From: an uncultured delta proteobacterium
Lineage (GTDB): Bacteria; Desulfobacterota; Binatia; UBA9968
Direction of reading: 5' to 3'
NCBI GenBank assembly: GCA_963727625.1
Contig: CAVSHR010000006.1
Location: forward strand, 1-64,000
DNA: 64,000 nt
Position numbers and translations under genes: made by a program. Below are positions 1 to 9,077 of the stretch, in pieces; the first letter of the stretch is position 1, and the number at the start of each line of letters is the position of its first letter. The notes below the pieces were generated by a model. That model worked only from the letters and a program-made list of their open reading frames with translations. It searched no databases and was not told the origin of the DNA.

Positions 1-33
1 CTAGATAACGGCGATGGATGTATGCGTTGCTCG

Positions 34-723
34 ATGCCAAGACGAGCGCGCATTGCTCCCGGTGAAATAATTTACCACGCTCTCAACCGCGCCAACGGGC
101 GCGGCCAACTTTTTGACAAGCCCGAAGATTACGCCGCGTTCGAGCGGATCATGGTTGCAGCGATGCGCCGTTCTCCGATCCGGCTGCTGGCTTATTGTTT
201 GATGCCCAATCACTGGCACATGGTTTTGTGGCCGAAGAAGGACGGCGAGATGACCGAGTTTCTTCGCTGGCTCACGCTCACTCACAGCCAACGTCTACAC
301 GCTCACCGCCACACCACCGGCTACGGGCATATTTATCAAGGGCGGTTCAAAAGTTTTCCCGTCGAGCAGGATCAAGCCGCGCTCAATGTGATTCGCTATG
401 TGGAACGCAACGCCTTGCGAGCCAACCTCGTCGACAAAGCGCAGGACTGGCGCTGGTGCAGTCTATGGCGAAAAGTTCATGGGGATCGAGAATCGTTGCT
501 GAGCGAGTGGTCCTTCGATAGGCCGGCAAACTGGGTTGAATGGGTGAACACGGCACAAACAGAAGGTGAAATCGAAGCGCTGCGGAGGTGCGTGAACCGC
601 GGCACACCCTACGGCACGGAAACTTGGAAGACAAAGATCGCGGCTACGCTCGGATTGAAATATACACTTCAGCCACGCGGTCGTCCTAGAAAGGCGGTGG
701 AATTAGCAAATACGCAAACGTAA
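34..723 (+). mobile_element. REP-associated tyrosine transposase (RAYT, Y1_Tnp/HUH family)
   Basis: MPRRAR N-terminus, YHALNRAN, YCLMPNHWH (HUH), YQGRFKS, YVERN (catalytic Tyr), WRWCS, C-terminal PRGRPRK. Confidence 0.92.
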
Positions 724-748
724 ATAAGGTTCGCGTCCCCTTTTCTCA
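716..748. repeat. 33-bp direct repeat copy 1 (RAYT 3' end motif)
   Basis: AAACGTAAATAAGGTTCGCGTCCCCTTTTCTCA, identical to 1251-1283. Confidence 0.95.
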
Positions 749-754
749 CCCCCT

Positions 755-1005
755 CGTACACGTGGCGGCCTGTAACCTCGGCCTGTGGATGCGCACGTTG
801 ACCGGAATTGGAACGCCACGCGGCCTACAGGGCCGTTTGGCCGCTGTACTGGCTTTTTATTTTACTCTCTGGATGCTACTGCGCGACCAACTGACCGCTC
901 ATCGGCGCCGAGGACTCGATCTGAGACTATTTGCGATCCCAAGTCACCGCTTCGCACTGATTCCGTGCGTTTTGTAAAAATCGGCCTTCTACCACGGGCT
1001 GCTAG
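755..1005 (+). pseudogene. IS1182-like transposase C-terminal relic with probable terminal repeat
   Basis: HVAACNLGLWMRTLTGIGTPRGLQG resembles IS1182 transposase tails; ends TTCTACCACGGGCTGCTAG, an IS1182-like right end plus CTAG. Confidence 0.65.
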
Positions 1006-1250
1006 GTAATGACGCATAGCCGGGTCAACACATCCGGCTTACGACACAGCTCCGCTGATGACCGTGGACCGAGTTTGTCAACTGAGTCAGCTACGTGCCC
1101 GTCGAGCCCGGTCTCATTATTACGCGCTGAGTTTTTTGGCCGAGGAAACGTTATCGCGAGCACCGATTGCGGCAGAATGTCAAGATACAAGACACGACCG
1201 CACGACCGCGCCCCAAAATCCGGGTTTTTTAAGACCATCTGCGCCAGGAG

Positions 1251-1283
1251 AAACGTAAATAAGGTTCGCGTCCCCTTTTCTCA
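1251..1283. repeat. 33-bp direct repeat copy 2
   Basis: identical to 716-748. Confidence 0.95.
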
Positions 1284-1454
1284 TCCCCGCGGTCCGACCC
1301 CAGTAGGGCGGCTTCGATTCGAATGGCGGTGTTTTCGTGGGTATTGGGATAGTGTACAGTACGATACGTTACTGAGCTTGGGACGACTGGGGTTGTCCCA
1401 GTTCGTGAAATTCAAAAATGTTGAGAATTTAATAGAATGCCAACAGAAAGATCG

Positions 1455-1744
1455 ATGGATTTTTATTTTTCCGCGGATGTCGAAACGGATGGGCCCATAC
1501 CGGGGCCGTTTTCAATTCTGTCATTTGCCTTAGTGTACGCTGGACTCTTCGACGGCCGGAAGTTTGTTCATCCATCGTCATACGACCAAACTTTCTATCG
1601 GGAATTGAAGCCAATTTCCGATTCCTTTGAGCCCGAAGCGCTGCGCGTAAATGGACTTGATCGTGACCGCTTATGTCGAGAGGGCACAGCTCCCAATATT
1701 GCGATGACGGAGGCAAGTTCTTGGGTAAAAAACATCTGGGAAGC
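1455..1744 (+). pseudogene. 3'-truncated DEDDh 3'-5' exonuclease (RNase AS-like)
   Basis: MDFYFSADVETDGPIPG...FYRELKPISD..EALRVNGL; recognisable similarity stops at the GGGGTC motif at 1745. Confidence 0.7.
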
Positions 1745-1841
1745 GGGGTCGGGCATAACAATCACTACAATCTTCGCAGAAATAATGACGGGGTCGTGCT
1801 TGAGTATTGATTTATGTTGGACGGCACCGTGACACCATCCG

Positions 1842-2129
1842 CTAACCCTTGCGGGATAGCAGCGTTCGCAAGGTCTCGTAAACATCGCGTCGGTGGCCGA
1901 CGTGATAGACTTCCAGACAGGACTCTTCGTCATTGACCCGGTAGATGATGCGATAACGCCTGACGCGGTAGGAACGGTAACCGTCGAGTTCACCGGTGAG
2001 TTCCGTACCCATCTCATGCTTTGTTAGCAACGTATCGATCGTCGATCGGACCAGCCGTTTTATTTCAGGCGGCAGCTTGGCAATAAGCCGGGAGCATTCG
2101 GGGGTATAACGAGCAAACAGTTTGCTCAA
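1842..2129 (-). CDS. relE: RelE/ParE family toxin
   Basis: LTGELDGYRSYRVRRYRIIYRV...VGHRRDVYE; TTG start overlaps the antitoxin stop (TTGA). Confidence 0.88.
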   Translation of the reverse strand: MSKLFARYTPECSRLIAKLPPEIKRLVRSTIDTLLTKHEMGTELTGELDGYRSYRVRRYRIIYRVNDEESCLEVYHVGHRRDVYETLRTLLSRKG

Positions 2130-2395
2130 CGCCGATATACCTCGTCCGGACGCAACCACTTGCCCTTGCGGCCTTGACGGATGGAAGTTCTTAGACACTT
2201 GACTGTGTCCTCGTCGCTGAGAATCTCGAGCGTTTCGAGCAAACCGGCGTATTTCTCCATGCTGAGGATCACCGCGGCGGGGACGCCGTTTTTGGTGACG
2301 GCGACCGACTCGTCGGCGCTTTCAATTTGACGGATCAGATCCAATAGATCGTTTTTTGCTTTTGTGATCGGGACGTATTTTGATATCTCGTTCAT
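2126..2395 (-). CDS. Phd/YefM family antitoxin
   Basis: VPITKAKNDLLDLI...VTKNGVPAAVILS...LLETLEILSD; GAGG RBS upstream. Confidence 0.9.
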   Translation of the reverse strand: MNEISKYVPITKAKNDLLDLIRQIESADESVAVTKNGVPAAVILSMEKYAGLLETLEILSDEDTVKCLRTSIRQGRKGKWLRPDEVYRR

Positions 2396-2410
2396 AATGA
2401 CCTCAATAAC

Positions 2411-2442
2411 GGCCAGTATAATAGCCACTGGCCGGCTGTCAA
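2411..2442 (-). promoter_or_regulatory. sigma70 promoter of the TA operon with overlapping operator palindrome
   Basis: TTGACA-N16-TATACT on the minus strand; inverted repeat GGCCAGT-N9-ACTGGCC (2411-2433) overlaps the -10 box. Confidence 0.7.
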
Positions 2443-2767
2443 GATCGCGCGGACTCTCCATTACTTTGAGCGGTTAGGTCAACCAATAACATTTCTACTC
2501 GATTGTGCTTTGCCGCGCAGATAGCATTCATCGAACCTTGGTTTGTCCGATGTCAAAAATTGTCGTGGCGCAGACGAATATCCAGATCCAGGGAAGCAAA
2601 GGGGCAAGTCTAGAGTTAGCTAATACTCGCCACAGTCTTTTCGACCCGATCCCGGAGTTGTCTGTTCCTGCGGCGACATGCGCGGCGATCCTGGGTTGCT
2701 GGCGATTGGGACCGGAGAGTTCGAGTTCGACAACTTCGCAATCGCCAATGTGGAGTAGCCCTTGCGA

Positions 2768-4396
2768 TTAGGTGGCCGCGCCGCGGATGCGGTCGATCGC
2801 CGCCATGGGTTCGTCGGGACAGGCATTGCCGCGCCAGGCCACATGGCCGTCGGGGCGCACCAGCACCAGGCGAGCGCCGTAAAGTTCGGCAACCGCGGGA
2901 TCGGTGATCGCGATCTCGGTCATTGGAACGTTTCGTCGTTTGGCTGCCCGGATCCATCCTTGGGCGTCCGGCGGCGCGGCGCCGAGCCTGAGCAGGGTAA
3001 AGCCCGTGCCGAACAGGTCGAGGATGGACGTGCCATCTTCGAGCCAGGCATGGGGTGCGCGCGCTCCCGGCCGGGCCGACGGGGTAAAGGAGAATTTTTC
3101 AAAGGGGGGTGGCGGCGTGCCGTCGGCGATGCAGATGGGCGAATCTTCGTAGGCGTATTGGAATTTCTGATAGTCGCTCCCTGAGAACTCGGTGAAGATG
3201 GCCCGCAGGGCCTGAACGGAGGGGTCTTTCTCTCCGGCCGCCGCGCGTTCCGCCGCCTGCGCCGTGATGGCCGGCACGCCGGTGATTGCCCGGAAAGCTT
3301 CGGTGCCCAGCGTCACGTTGCGCCGGGCGATGGGTTGGCGCTCCGACTCATAGGATTCGAGAAGCTCGTCCCCGCCCCATCCCTCGATCATGGCAGCAAG
3401 CTTCCAGGCCAGGTTCCCGGCCTCTTCGACGCCGGTATGCATGCCGTAGCCGCCCGTGGGAGAACATTGATGGGCCGCGTCACCGGCGATGAAGGCCCGG
3501 CCGACGCGGTAGCGCTCGGCGACGAAGTCGCGCCTTTCCCAATGTGTGACGTCGATAATTTCATGGGGAAAATCGCCGCCGAAAAGGCGACGGAGATAAA
3601 CTTCGGCGTCGGCGTCGCGGGAGGGCTCATCGAAGACCGTGAGGCGGTAAAGCTCTTTTCCGTCGATGGCGATCATCTCGGACCAGCAGCCGGTCTCGTC
3701 GATGGAGCGGTGAAAGCGCGCCCGTCCCTTGTCGTGGAGCGTGATCATCTCGGGCGAGCGGAAAAAGATGTTGATGGAATGGGCGAAAACCCCGAGGCCG
3801 CCGAGTTCGATGCCGAGCGCCTTTCTGACCACGCCGCCGGGACCGTCGCAGCCGACGAGGTAGCGCGCCGTGATCTCCTCCCTCGCGCCGGTCTCGCCGT
3901 CGCGCAGCACCGCCTTCACGATGTCTTCGTCCTGGGTGAGGCCTTCCAAGGCGATATTGTAGCGCAGATCGACCGAAGCCAGCGTTTTAACGTGAGCAGC
4001 GAGGATCGGATCGAAAAAAATTTGCGGGCAATGGCACGGGCTTTCCGGCGTAAACGGTTGGCGGTCACGCGACGCATAGGATGGGATTTTGAGGCGCGCC
4101 AGTTCCGGCCCAAGGAAACTCCGCTGGTAGACGATGTCACCGGGATAATCTTCCGGCCAACCGGCCTTGCGCACGGTATCGGCGATCCCCCAGCGGCGGC
4201 AGAATTCCATGTTGCGCGCGCTGACTTGGCTCATTTTCGGCACGGGCACCGTCCCGTCGCGTTTTTCCACAACGATGCAGCCGACACCTAACCGGCCCAA
4301 CTCGGCCGCCAGGGCAAGGCCCACGGGCCCGGCGCCGACGACCAGGACGGGGATGTCAGTGCTATCTTCTCTGTTGACCGCGTGTCTACGCGCCAT
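2768..4396 (-). CDS. FAD-dependent monooxygenase (PheA/TfdB-like, FAD_binding_3)
   Basis: GAGPVG, LVGCDG, AGDAAH, PTGGYGMHTG, NLAWKL, PGARAPH, LVRPDGHVAWR. Confidence 0.92.
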   Translation of the reverse strand: MARRHAVNREDSTDIPVLVVGAGPVGLALAAELGRLGVGCIVVEKRDGTVPVPKMSQVSARNMEFCRRWGIADTVRKAGWPEDYPGDIVYQRSFLGPELARLKIPSYASRDRQPFTPESPCHCPQIFFDPILAAHVKTLASVDLRYNIALEGLTQDEDIVKAVLRDGETGAREEITARYLVGCDGPGGVVRKALGIELGGLGVFAHSINIFFRSPEMITLHDKGRARFHRSIDETGCWSEMIAIDGKELYRLTVFDEPSRDADAEVYLRRLFGGDFPHEIIDVTHWERRDFVAERYRVGRAFIAGDAAHQCSPTGGYGMHTGVEEAGNLAWKLAAMIEGWGGDELLESYESERQPIARRNVTLGTEAFRAITGVPAITAQAAERAAAGEKDPSVQALRAIFTEFSGSDYQKFQYAYEDSPICIADGTPPPPFEKFSFTPSARPGARAPHAWLEDGTSILDLFGTGFTLLRLGAAPPDAQGWIRAAKRRNVPMTEIAITDPAVAELYGARLVLVRPDGHVAWRGNACPDEPMAAIDRIRGAAT

Positions 4397-4730
4397 TCTG
4401 CTTCCTCGCATCGTTTTCAGTGTAAAAATGGAGCCCGATCAGCAATTGACTCTGAGCCATCTTCCATTTCGCTAGAGTTACTTGAGAACCGTGCGCCGCT
4501 TCAATCCGAATCAGGCTGTGCTTTTTCGCAGCTTATCTTGTTTCAGATCCTGCCTACAATTCCAAGGGCAATCCATAGCAGGAAGCAGGAGACCGGATTG
4601 GGGTCAAGCATGAGTTATCGACTTATTCTATCGCGATGACAAACCACTCCATGAGAGGTTGGATCTCGCCTACAAACCCGGAACATAAATATCTTCCTTT
4701 TCGGATTAGCGTCGATAAGCTGCTGTCGTG

Positions 4731-5153
4731 TTATAAGAATGCACGCTGCAAGGAGCTCACGAATTGGATGTGCGGAACGGATTTCGCGCTTAGCCGTTCA
4801 TCGTTTGTGATAAACAGATCGACGCGCGCGTGCGCTGCACAGGCGAGCTGAATCGCGTCGGGTGGTCGGATGGTGCGATCCTTTCGAATGCTGGCGTAGA
4901 GACGGGCCGGCTCGACATCGAAAGGAATAATCACCGCGCCCCGCAGCAACACAGATTCATAACGACGGGCCAAACTCTCGTTCCCCTCTTCCATCGGCTT
5001 GATCAGGATTTCTCCCAAGGTAAGAGCAGAAGTGTAGAGCTCGTCACCGCGTTCGAGCATACGTCTGCGCAAAGCGGTGACGCGCTCCGATAAGTCACGA
5101 AAGTCCTCGATCAAGTAAATGAAGAGATTGGTGTCCCAGAAAATTCGGCTCAC
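4731..5153 (-). CDS. vapC: PIN-domain VapC toxin
   Basis: IFWDTNLFIY, TLGEIL, DAIQLACA, FITND; GTG start overlaps the upstream stop (GTGA). Confidence 0.9.
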   Translation of the reverse strand: MSRIFWDTNLFIYLIEDFRDLSERVTALRRRMLERGDELYTSALTLGEILIKPMEEGNESLARRYESVLLRGAVIIPFDVEPARLYASIRKDRTIRPPDAIQLACAAHARVDLFITNDERLSAKSVPHIQFVSSLQRAFL

Positions 5154-5659
5154 TCCCATCCTCCGCGAATGCGGCTGACGTAGTCATCGGGCTTTTCATT
5201 CACCCAAATTTCTTTCCCCAATCCACGCAGGCCTAAAATCGGATCACTTTCTTTGGATCCTTTTCTTTTGCCGATGAATTGCTCCTTATACCAAACGAGC
5301 AACGGGTGATACTTGGCTGGAATATCTTCCTTGTCGGGCAGTACTTTGCCACGGCGACGTTTCGGATCGAAGTCGTCGGTTTCCCGAAAGAGCCGGCGGG
5401 TGCTTTTACCGGTCGCGTAGAGCATCCGATGCGAGCCGGGGTTCGGCGCCCGGTTCGCAACGCAATGAAGGTATGCATGTACTTGAACGCCCGCTCTTAA
5501 CTCCGCGGATATATGTTCCCGTCGTGCCCGGTCTACTATTTCAACGACGCTGAAATCCTCGCGTTTTGGATTTTCCTTGTGCAGGAGAGCGGTCGCGATC
5601 CAAACTTCGTCTGCGACTTTGATCGCGTTTATGGGTTCCTTTTTCATTAGGTTTACCAT
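5150..5659 (-). CDS. putative large antitoxin partner of VapC
   Basis: translationally coupled to vapC; C-terminal LRGLGKEIW...DDYVSRIRGGWE resembles VapB-like tails. Confidence 0.7.
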   Translation of the reverse strand: MVNLMKKEPINAIKVADEVWIATALLHKENPKREDFSVVEIVDRARREHISAELRAGVQVHAYLHCVANRAPNPGSHRMLYATGKSTRRLFRETDDFDPKRRRGKVLPDKEDIPAKYHPLLVWYKEQFIGKRKGSKESDPILGLRGLGKEIWVNEKPDDYVSRIRGGWE

Positions 5660-5666
5660 GTAATCA

Positions 5667-5695
5667 CATATAAATTAGGTAAGCCTTGCTGTCAA
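5667..5695 (-). promoter_or_regulatory. putative sigma70 promoter
   Basis: TTGACA-N17-TATATG just upstream of the 5659 start. Confidence 0.5.
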
Positions 5696-5747
5696 GATCA
5701 CGAGGGATCGCCACACGCCTTCGCGGCCCTTCAGTTCAGAGAGGGGG

Positions 5748-5818
5748 GTGTCTGATTTGCCTAACTCTACTAATTAACTCAAGTTCGCTGATTGGCGGGG
5801 AGTCCGCCCGCCGGTGCA
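5748..5818. repeat. ~70-bp dispersed repeat with small hairpin, copy 1
   Basis: about 80% identical to 8965-9031; conserved GGCGG-N5-CCGCC stem. Confidence 0.8.
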
Positions 5819-5866
5819 ATTGTTTAGATATCCAGGCCTGGCCCAAAGAGTACTGCCGTGGGCCGA

Positions 5867-6052
5867 TCAATCTGCCGACGGGTTTTTGAACTCACGTAAC
5901 AGCGGTGCGAGTTCAACTGTCTTCAGCGCGCCGACAGCGGCTTCCCAACGTCCCTCGGCGCAGAGGCACTGCATGCCCGCATCCTCGTAGGCTTGAAGGG
6001 CGGCTTCAAGGCATGCGTCTCGAGTGCGTTTGGCGAGAACTTCCGGTTCCAT
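5867..6052 (-). CDS. small conserved hypothetical protein
   Basis: ACLEAALQAYEDAG..LCAEGRWEAAV motif; plausible RBS. Confidence 0.65.
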   Translation of the reverse strand: MEPEVLAKRTRDACLEAALQAYEDAGMQCLCAEGRWEAAVGALKTVELAPLLREFKNPSAD

Positions 6053-6137
6053 ATGGCTTCCACCGACGAATGTCTAGAGTCTATCGTTAATTCGCAAGCT
6101 GGAACAATGCGGCAAGGTAACTTGGAACTGCGCAAGT

Positions 6138-7496
6138 CTACTCTGAGATGACGCGCACCGGCGCGGCTTCGGGCTCGGGCGGCGGCTTGGCGCGAAAATC
6201 GATGGGCAGAGGTTGTTCGCCTAGCATGTTGGCAAGGAGCACTTCGCGGACGCTTTCCAAGTCCAACCCTGCAGCGGCCGCATGCGGGGCGACTTCCGCC
6301 AAAACGCGGTCAATGTCCTGCATCATTTTCCACTGCTTGAAGAGATCGGGTTTCTCGACGCCCATCGCCTCGCCGACCAGCTCGAGAAAATTGACGACTT
6401 TGAAGGGTGACGTGGCTTCGTGGGCGCACAGCTCGCGATGGCAGGCGTGATAGATGCCGACGAGATAATCGACTCCGGCCGCAGCGGCGGCCTCTAGCTC
6501 GCGGGCGTGCAGCTCGCGTTTGTACGCCGGCACGGGAGCGAGCGAGTTGCACATGTAGCCGACGCGCGGCTGTTCGAGATCGACCAGCTCCAAACCTGGA
6601 ATCGCCGCGAGAATTTTAATCGCGCCTTCGGTCACGCCGGCCACGCCGGGATGCTCGTGCAGGGCGATCCGCTTGTTGATCGGATGGATGAAGTGAGGGC
6701 GAAGCAGCTCGATGCGCTCGGCGATGTAGGGCACGACGTGCTGCAGATCGAAGGTTGCGTCGGTGCTCGGCATGACGATCTCGCCCAGCTGGATGTTGCA
6801 GGTCGGACACCAGGTGAGCACGCGCGGCGCGCCCGTGCCGGCGAATCCGGCCACTGTGCCGCCGCCGATTCGCCCCGAGGTTTTGGTGTCGCCGGCGCGG
6901 TACTGAATCACGCCGCAGCAATACGCGGGGCCGGCAAAAACTCTGTAGCGCGCGCCGAGGCGGTCCAGGACTTCGAGGCAGAGCAGCGCGATATGCGGCG
7001 TCTTGAGGACGTTGCAACCGAGATACATCACGATGTCCGGCGCCGGATCCGACCCGGCGGCGGCCGGTTGAGTGAAACCGGCGAGGAGATCGGCGGGAAG
7101 CTGCAGACGCGACAGCACCTTCACCGCGCTGGACATTTTTTTGAAGCCGGCTTGGCCGGCGGCGCGCCGTTCGCCCGCCTGGCGCCGCTCGTTGAGCCTC
7201 AGACGGGTCGCCGCCAACATGAAACGCGGATTAACGCCGTCGTCGCAGGCCGTGAGACACCGACCGGAGCCGGTGCACGCGTTGGCCCAGCGGGCGCCGC
7301 GGCTTGATGGATCGCCGCCGCCGCGCAAAATATCCAGCACATCGCCGACGATCGCCGACGGCTCGGTGGTATCGATCCCCGCCGGCGCCGCCGTGGGACA
7401 AACCTCGACGCACTTCGCGCAGCGGGTGCAGCGGTCAAGAATATCGCGCACGCGCAGGTCGATCGTCGCGATGAATGCATCGGCGTGATCGGTCAT
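6138..7496 (-). CDS. Fe-S oxidoreductase with 4Fe-4S dicluster and CCG domains (GlcF/HdrD-like)
   Basis: CTRCAKCVEVCP, YLGC, YCCG, WCPTC, YHAC. Confidence 0.88.
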   Translation of the reverse strand: MTDHADAFIATIDLRVRDILDRCTRCAKCVEVCPTAAPAGIDTTEPSAIVGDVLDILRGGGDPSSRGARWANACTGSGRCLTACDDGVNPRFMLAATRLRLNERRQAGERRAAGQAGFKKMSSAVKVLSRLQLPADLLAGFTQPAAAGSDPAPDIVMYLGCNVLKTPHIALLCLEVLDRLGARYRVFAGPAYCCGVIQYRAGDTKTSGRIGGGTVAGFAGTGAPRVLTWCPTCNIQLGEIVMPSTDATFDLQHVVPYIAERIELLRPHFIHPINKRIALHEHPGVAGVTEGAIKILAAIPGLELVDLEQPRVGYMCNSLAPVPAYKRELHARELEAAAAAGVDYLVGIYHACHRELCAHEATSPFKVVNFLELVGEAMGVEKPDLFKQWKMMQDIDRVLAEVAPHAAAAGLDLESVREVLLANMLGEQPLPIDFRAKPPPEPEAAPVRVISE

Positions 7497-7585
7497 GGCT
7501 TCTCCCTTTGCAAAGCGCGGAACCTCCTGCTACCGGCAGTCTGCCTTCATGTAAAGCTGATTGTCAATTACCGTAGGTTGTGTGG

Positions 7586-7667
7586 GATCGTTATCCGTGA
7601 AAGCGCGCACGAAACCATTTTCGAATTCGTCGAGCGTCTTCGCAGTCCGCACGTTGGCGATGCCGCA
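7586..7667 (-). pseudogene. internal fragment of a comE allele
   Basis: 72/82 nt identical to 10899-10980. Confidence 0.9.
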
Positions 7668-7739
7668 CAAGTCCCTTACGATAGCTAAACACTTTCAGCG
7701 AGAGTTATTGGGTGAGACGCAGGGGTCGAGCACTCCGAT

Positions 7740-8075
7740 TCATGGTAGGACAACCGAAACCTGACCATGGGGCCTGCGGGTCGGGCGGACGGTAATCTCC
7801 ACGTCCTGCCCAAGCGCGACTAGAAAGTCCATCAGCCTTTCAACCGAAAAGTTGCCGGACCGATTGCGCATCAGCGCCGAGACATGGGGCTGCTTGATGC
7901 CGAGCAAAGCGCCCGCCTGAGTCTGGGTGAGATCGCGGTCTTTGATGATGCGGTAGATCTGCAGCGTAAGATGAGCCTTGAGTTGCTCGCGTTCCGGATT
8001 AGCGAAACCGATATCGGCGAATACATTGCCGCTGCTCTTTTCGAAAGTCATTCGGTTTTTTTTCCTTACCGCCAT
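7740..8075 (-). CDS. XRE-family HTH antitoxin (HigA-like), orphan
   Basis: SSGNVFADIG, LTQTQAGALLGIKQPHVSALM, FSVERLM; no toxin gene upstream. Confidence 0.88.
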   Translation of the reverse strand: MAVRKKNRMTFEKSSGNVFADIGFANPEREQLKAHLTLQIYRIIKDRDLTQTQAGALLGIKQPHVSALMRNRSGNFSVERLMDFLVALGQDVEITVRPTRRPHGQVSVVLP

Positions 8076-8101
8076 GATCAATGGCTCCTTTGCCGGTCAG
8101 T

Positions 8102-8309
8102 GCGCTCGCGCGCGACAGCGTCGAGGTGAGGATTTTTATGTTTTCGCTTTTCTCGATGTAGCGCACGAACAAATATTTGTTTTCCTGCGAATCCAACGGC
8201 GCCGCGGGCACTCACGCCCTTCGTGTCGGCAGCGGCACGCGGTCGATGTGCTCGATCTCGGTGAGCAGCAGCCGCTCGGTCAGGGCCGCGCGGATCTTGG
8301 TGTGTGCCG
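8102..8309 (-). repeat. chimeric duplicate of the comE 3' tail and the sulfatase 3' tail
   Basis: 8102-8211 matches 10748-10857 (106/110); 8203-8309 matches 9069-9175 (1 mismatch). Confidence 0.95.
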
Positions 8310-8505
8310 CGGCTCGGGAGTCAGGTCTCTTGATTCTTGGATTTGCTGTTGCCAGCTTAAATCGTCATTGGGGTCTGGATATCTAATCAATTGTGGCCCT
8401 CGTGCGCGACGGTTTTACCGTCTGGATTGTCCGCATCACTCGGAAAATCCTCAAGTTGGCGAGATCACCCGGCCTTGGTATACTCAGCGCGTAACGGAGG
8501 GAACA

Positions 8506-8721
8506 ATGAAACTAACTGCGGTCATTGAGCGGGAGGGAGACGGTTATGTCTCGCTGTGCCCCGAGCTGGACGTGGCGAGTCAAGGTAAAACCGTCGAGGA
8601 AGCGCGCGACAATTTACGCGAAGCGTTGGAGCTCTTCTTGGAGTCGGCTTCAGCCGATGAAATCAAGCAGCGGCTGCGGAGCGAGGTGTTCGTGACCCAG
8701 ATTGAGGTCGCAGTTGGCTAG
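8506..8721 (+). CDS. hicB: HicB family antitoxin
   Basis: MKLTAVIEREGDGYVSLCPELDVASQGKTVEEARDNLREALEL; GGAGG RBS. Confidence 0.9.
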   Translation: MKLTAVIEREGDGYVSLCPELDVASQGKTVEEARDNLREALELFLESASADEIKQRLRSEVFVTQIEVAVG

Positions 8722-8935
8722 ACTGCGTATTCTTTCCGGGAAGGAAGTCTGCGCTATCCTAAGAAAGTCCGGCTTTGAGGAAATCCGTAGGCGAGGCAGC
8801 CATGTGATCATGCAGAAAAAAATTGCGACGGGAACGATTACTGTTCCAGTACCTGATCACGGTGAGATTCGCATTGGCACGCTGCAATCGATCATCCGCC
8901 AGTCCGGGGTGTCGAGAAGCGAATTCAAAGAGTAA
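8714..8935 (+). CDS. hicA: HicA family toxin
   Basis: LSGKEVCAIL..GF...RRGSH...VPVPDH.EI..GTLQSIIRQSG. Confidence 0.9.
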   Translation: MARLRILSGKEVCAILRKSGFEEIRRRGSHVIMQKKIATGTITVPVPDHGEIRIGTLQSIIRQSGVSRSEFKE

Positions 8936-8964
8936 TTTCGAATGACTTGATAGCCTCCCCTCCA

Positions 8965-9031
8965 GTGTCCGACTTGCCTAAATCTACTAACTCAAATTCG
9001 CTGTTGGCGGGGGAGCCGCCGGCCTGTAGCA
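8965..9031. repeat. ~70-bp dispersed repeat, copy 2
   Basis: similar to 5748-5818. Confidence 0.8.
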
Positions 9032-9077
9032 CGCAAACAGATATTTGTTTTCCTGCGAGTCCAACGGGCGCGGGCAC

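Noticed and set aside
716-1283. CRISPR array
   Set aside because: Only two 33-bp copies 535 bp apart and no cas genes.
7978-8721. 247-aa ORF as a single gene
   Set aside because: Only the last 71 codons (HicB, ATG 8506 with RBS) are meaningful; the rest runs antisense through duplicated gene tails.
1790-9031. Integron cassette array carrying TA modules
   Set aside because: No integron integrase, and I could not identify attC-type RYYYAAC...GTTRRRY folded sites; the modules are interspersed with long metabolic genes.
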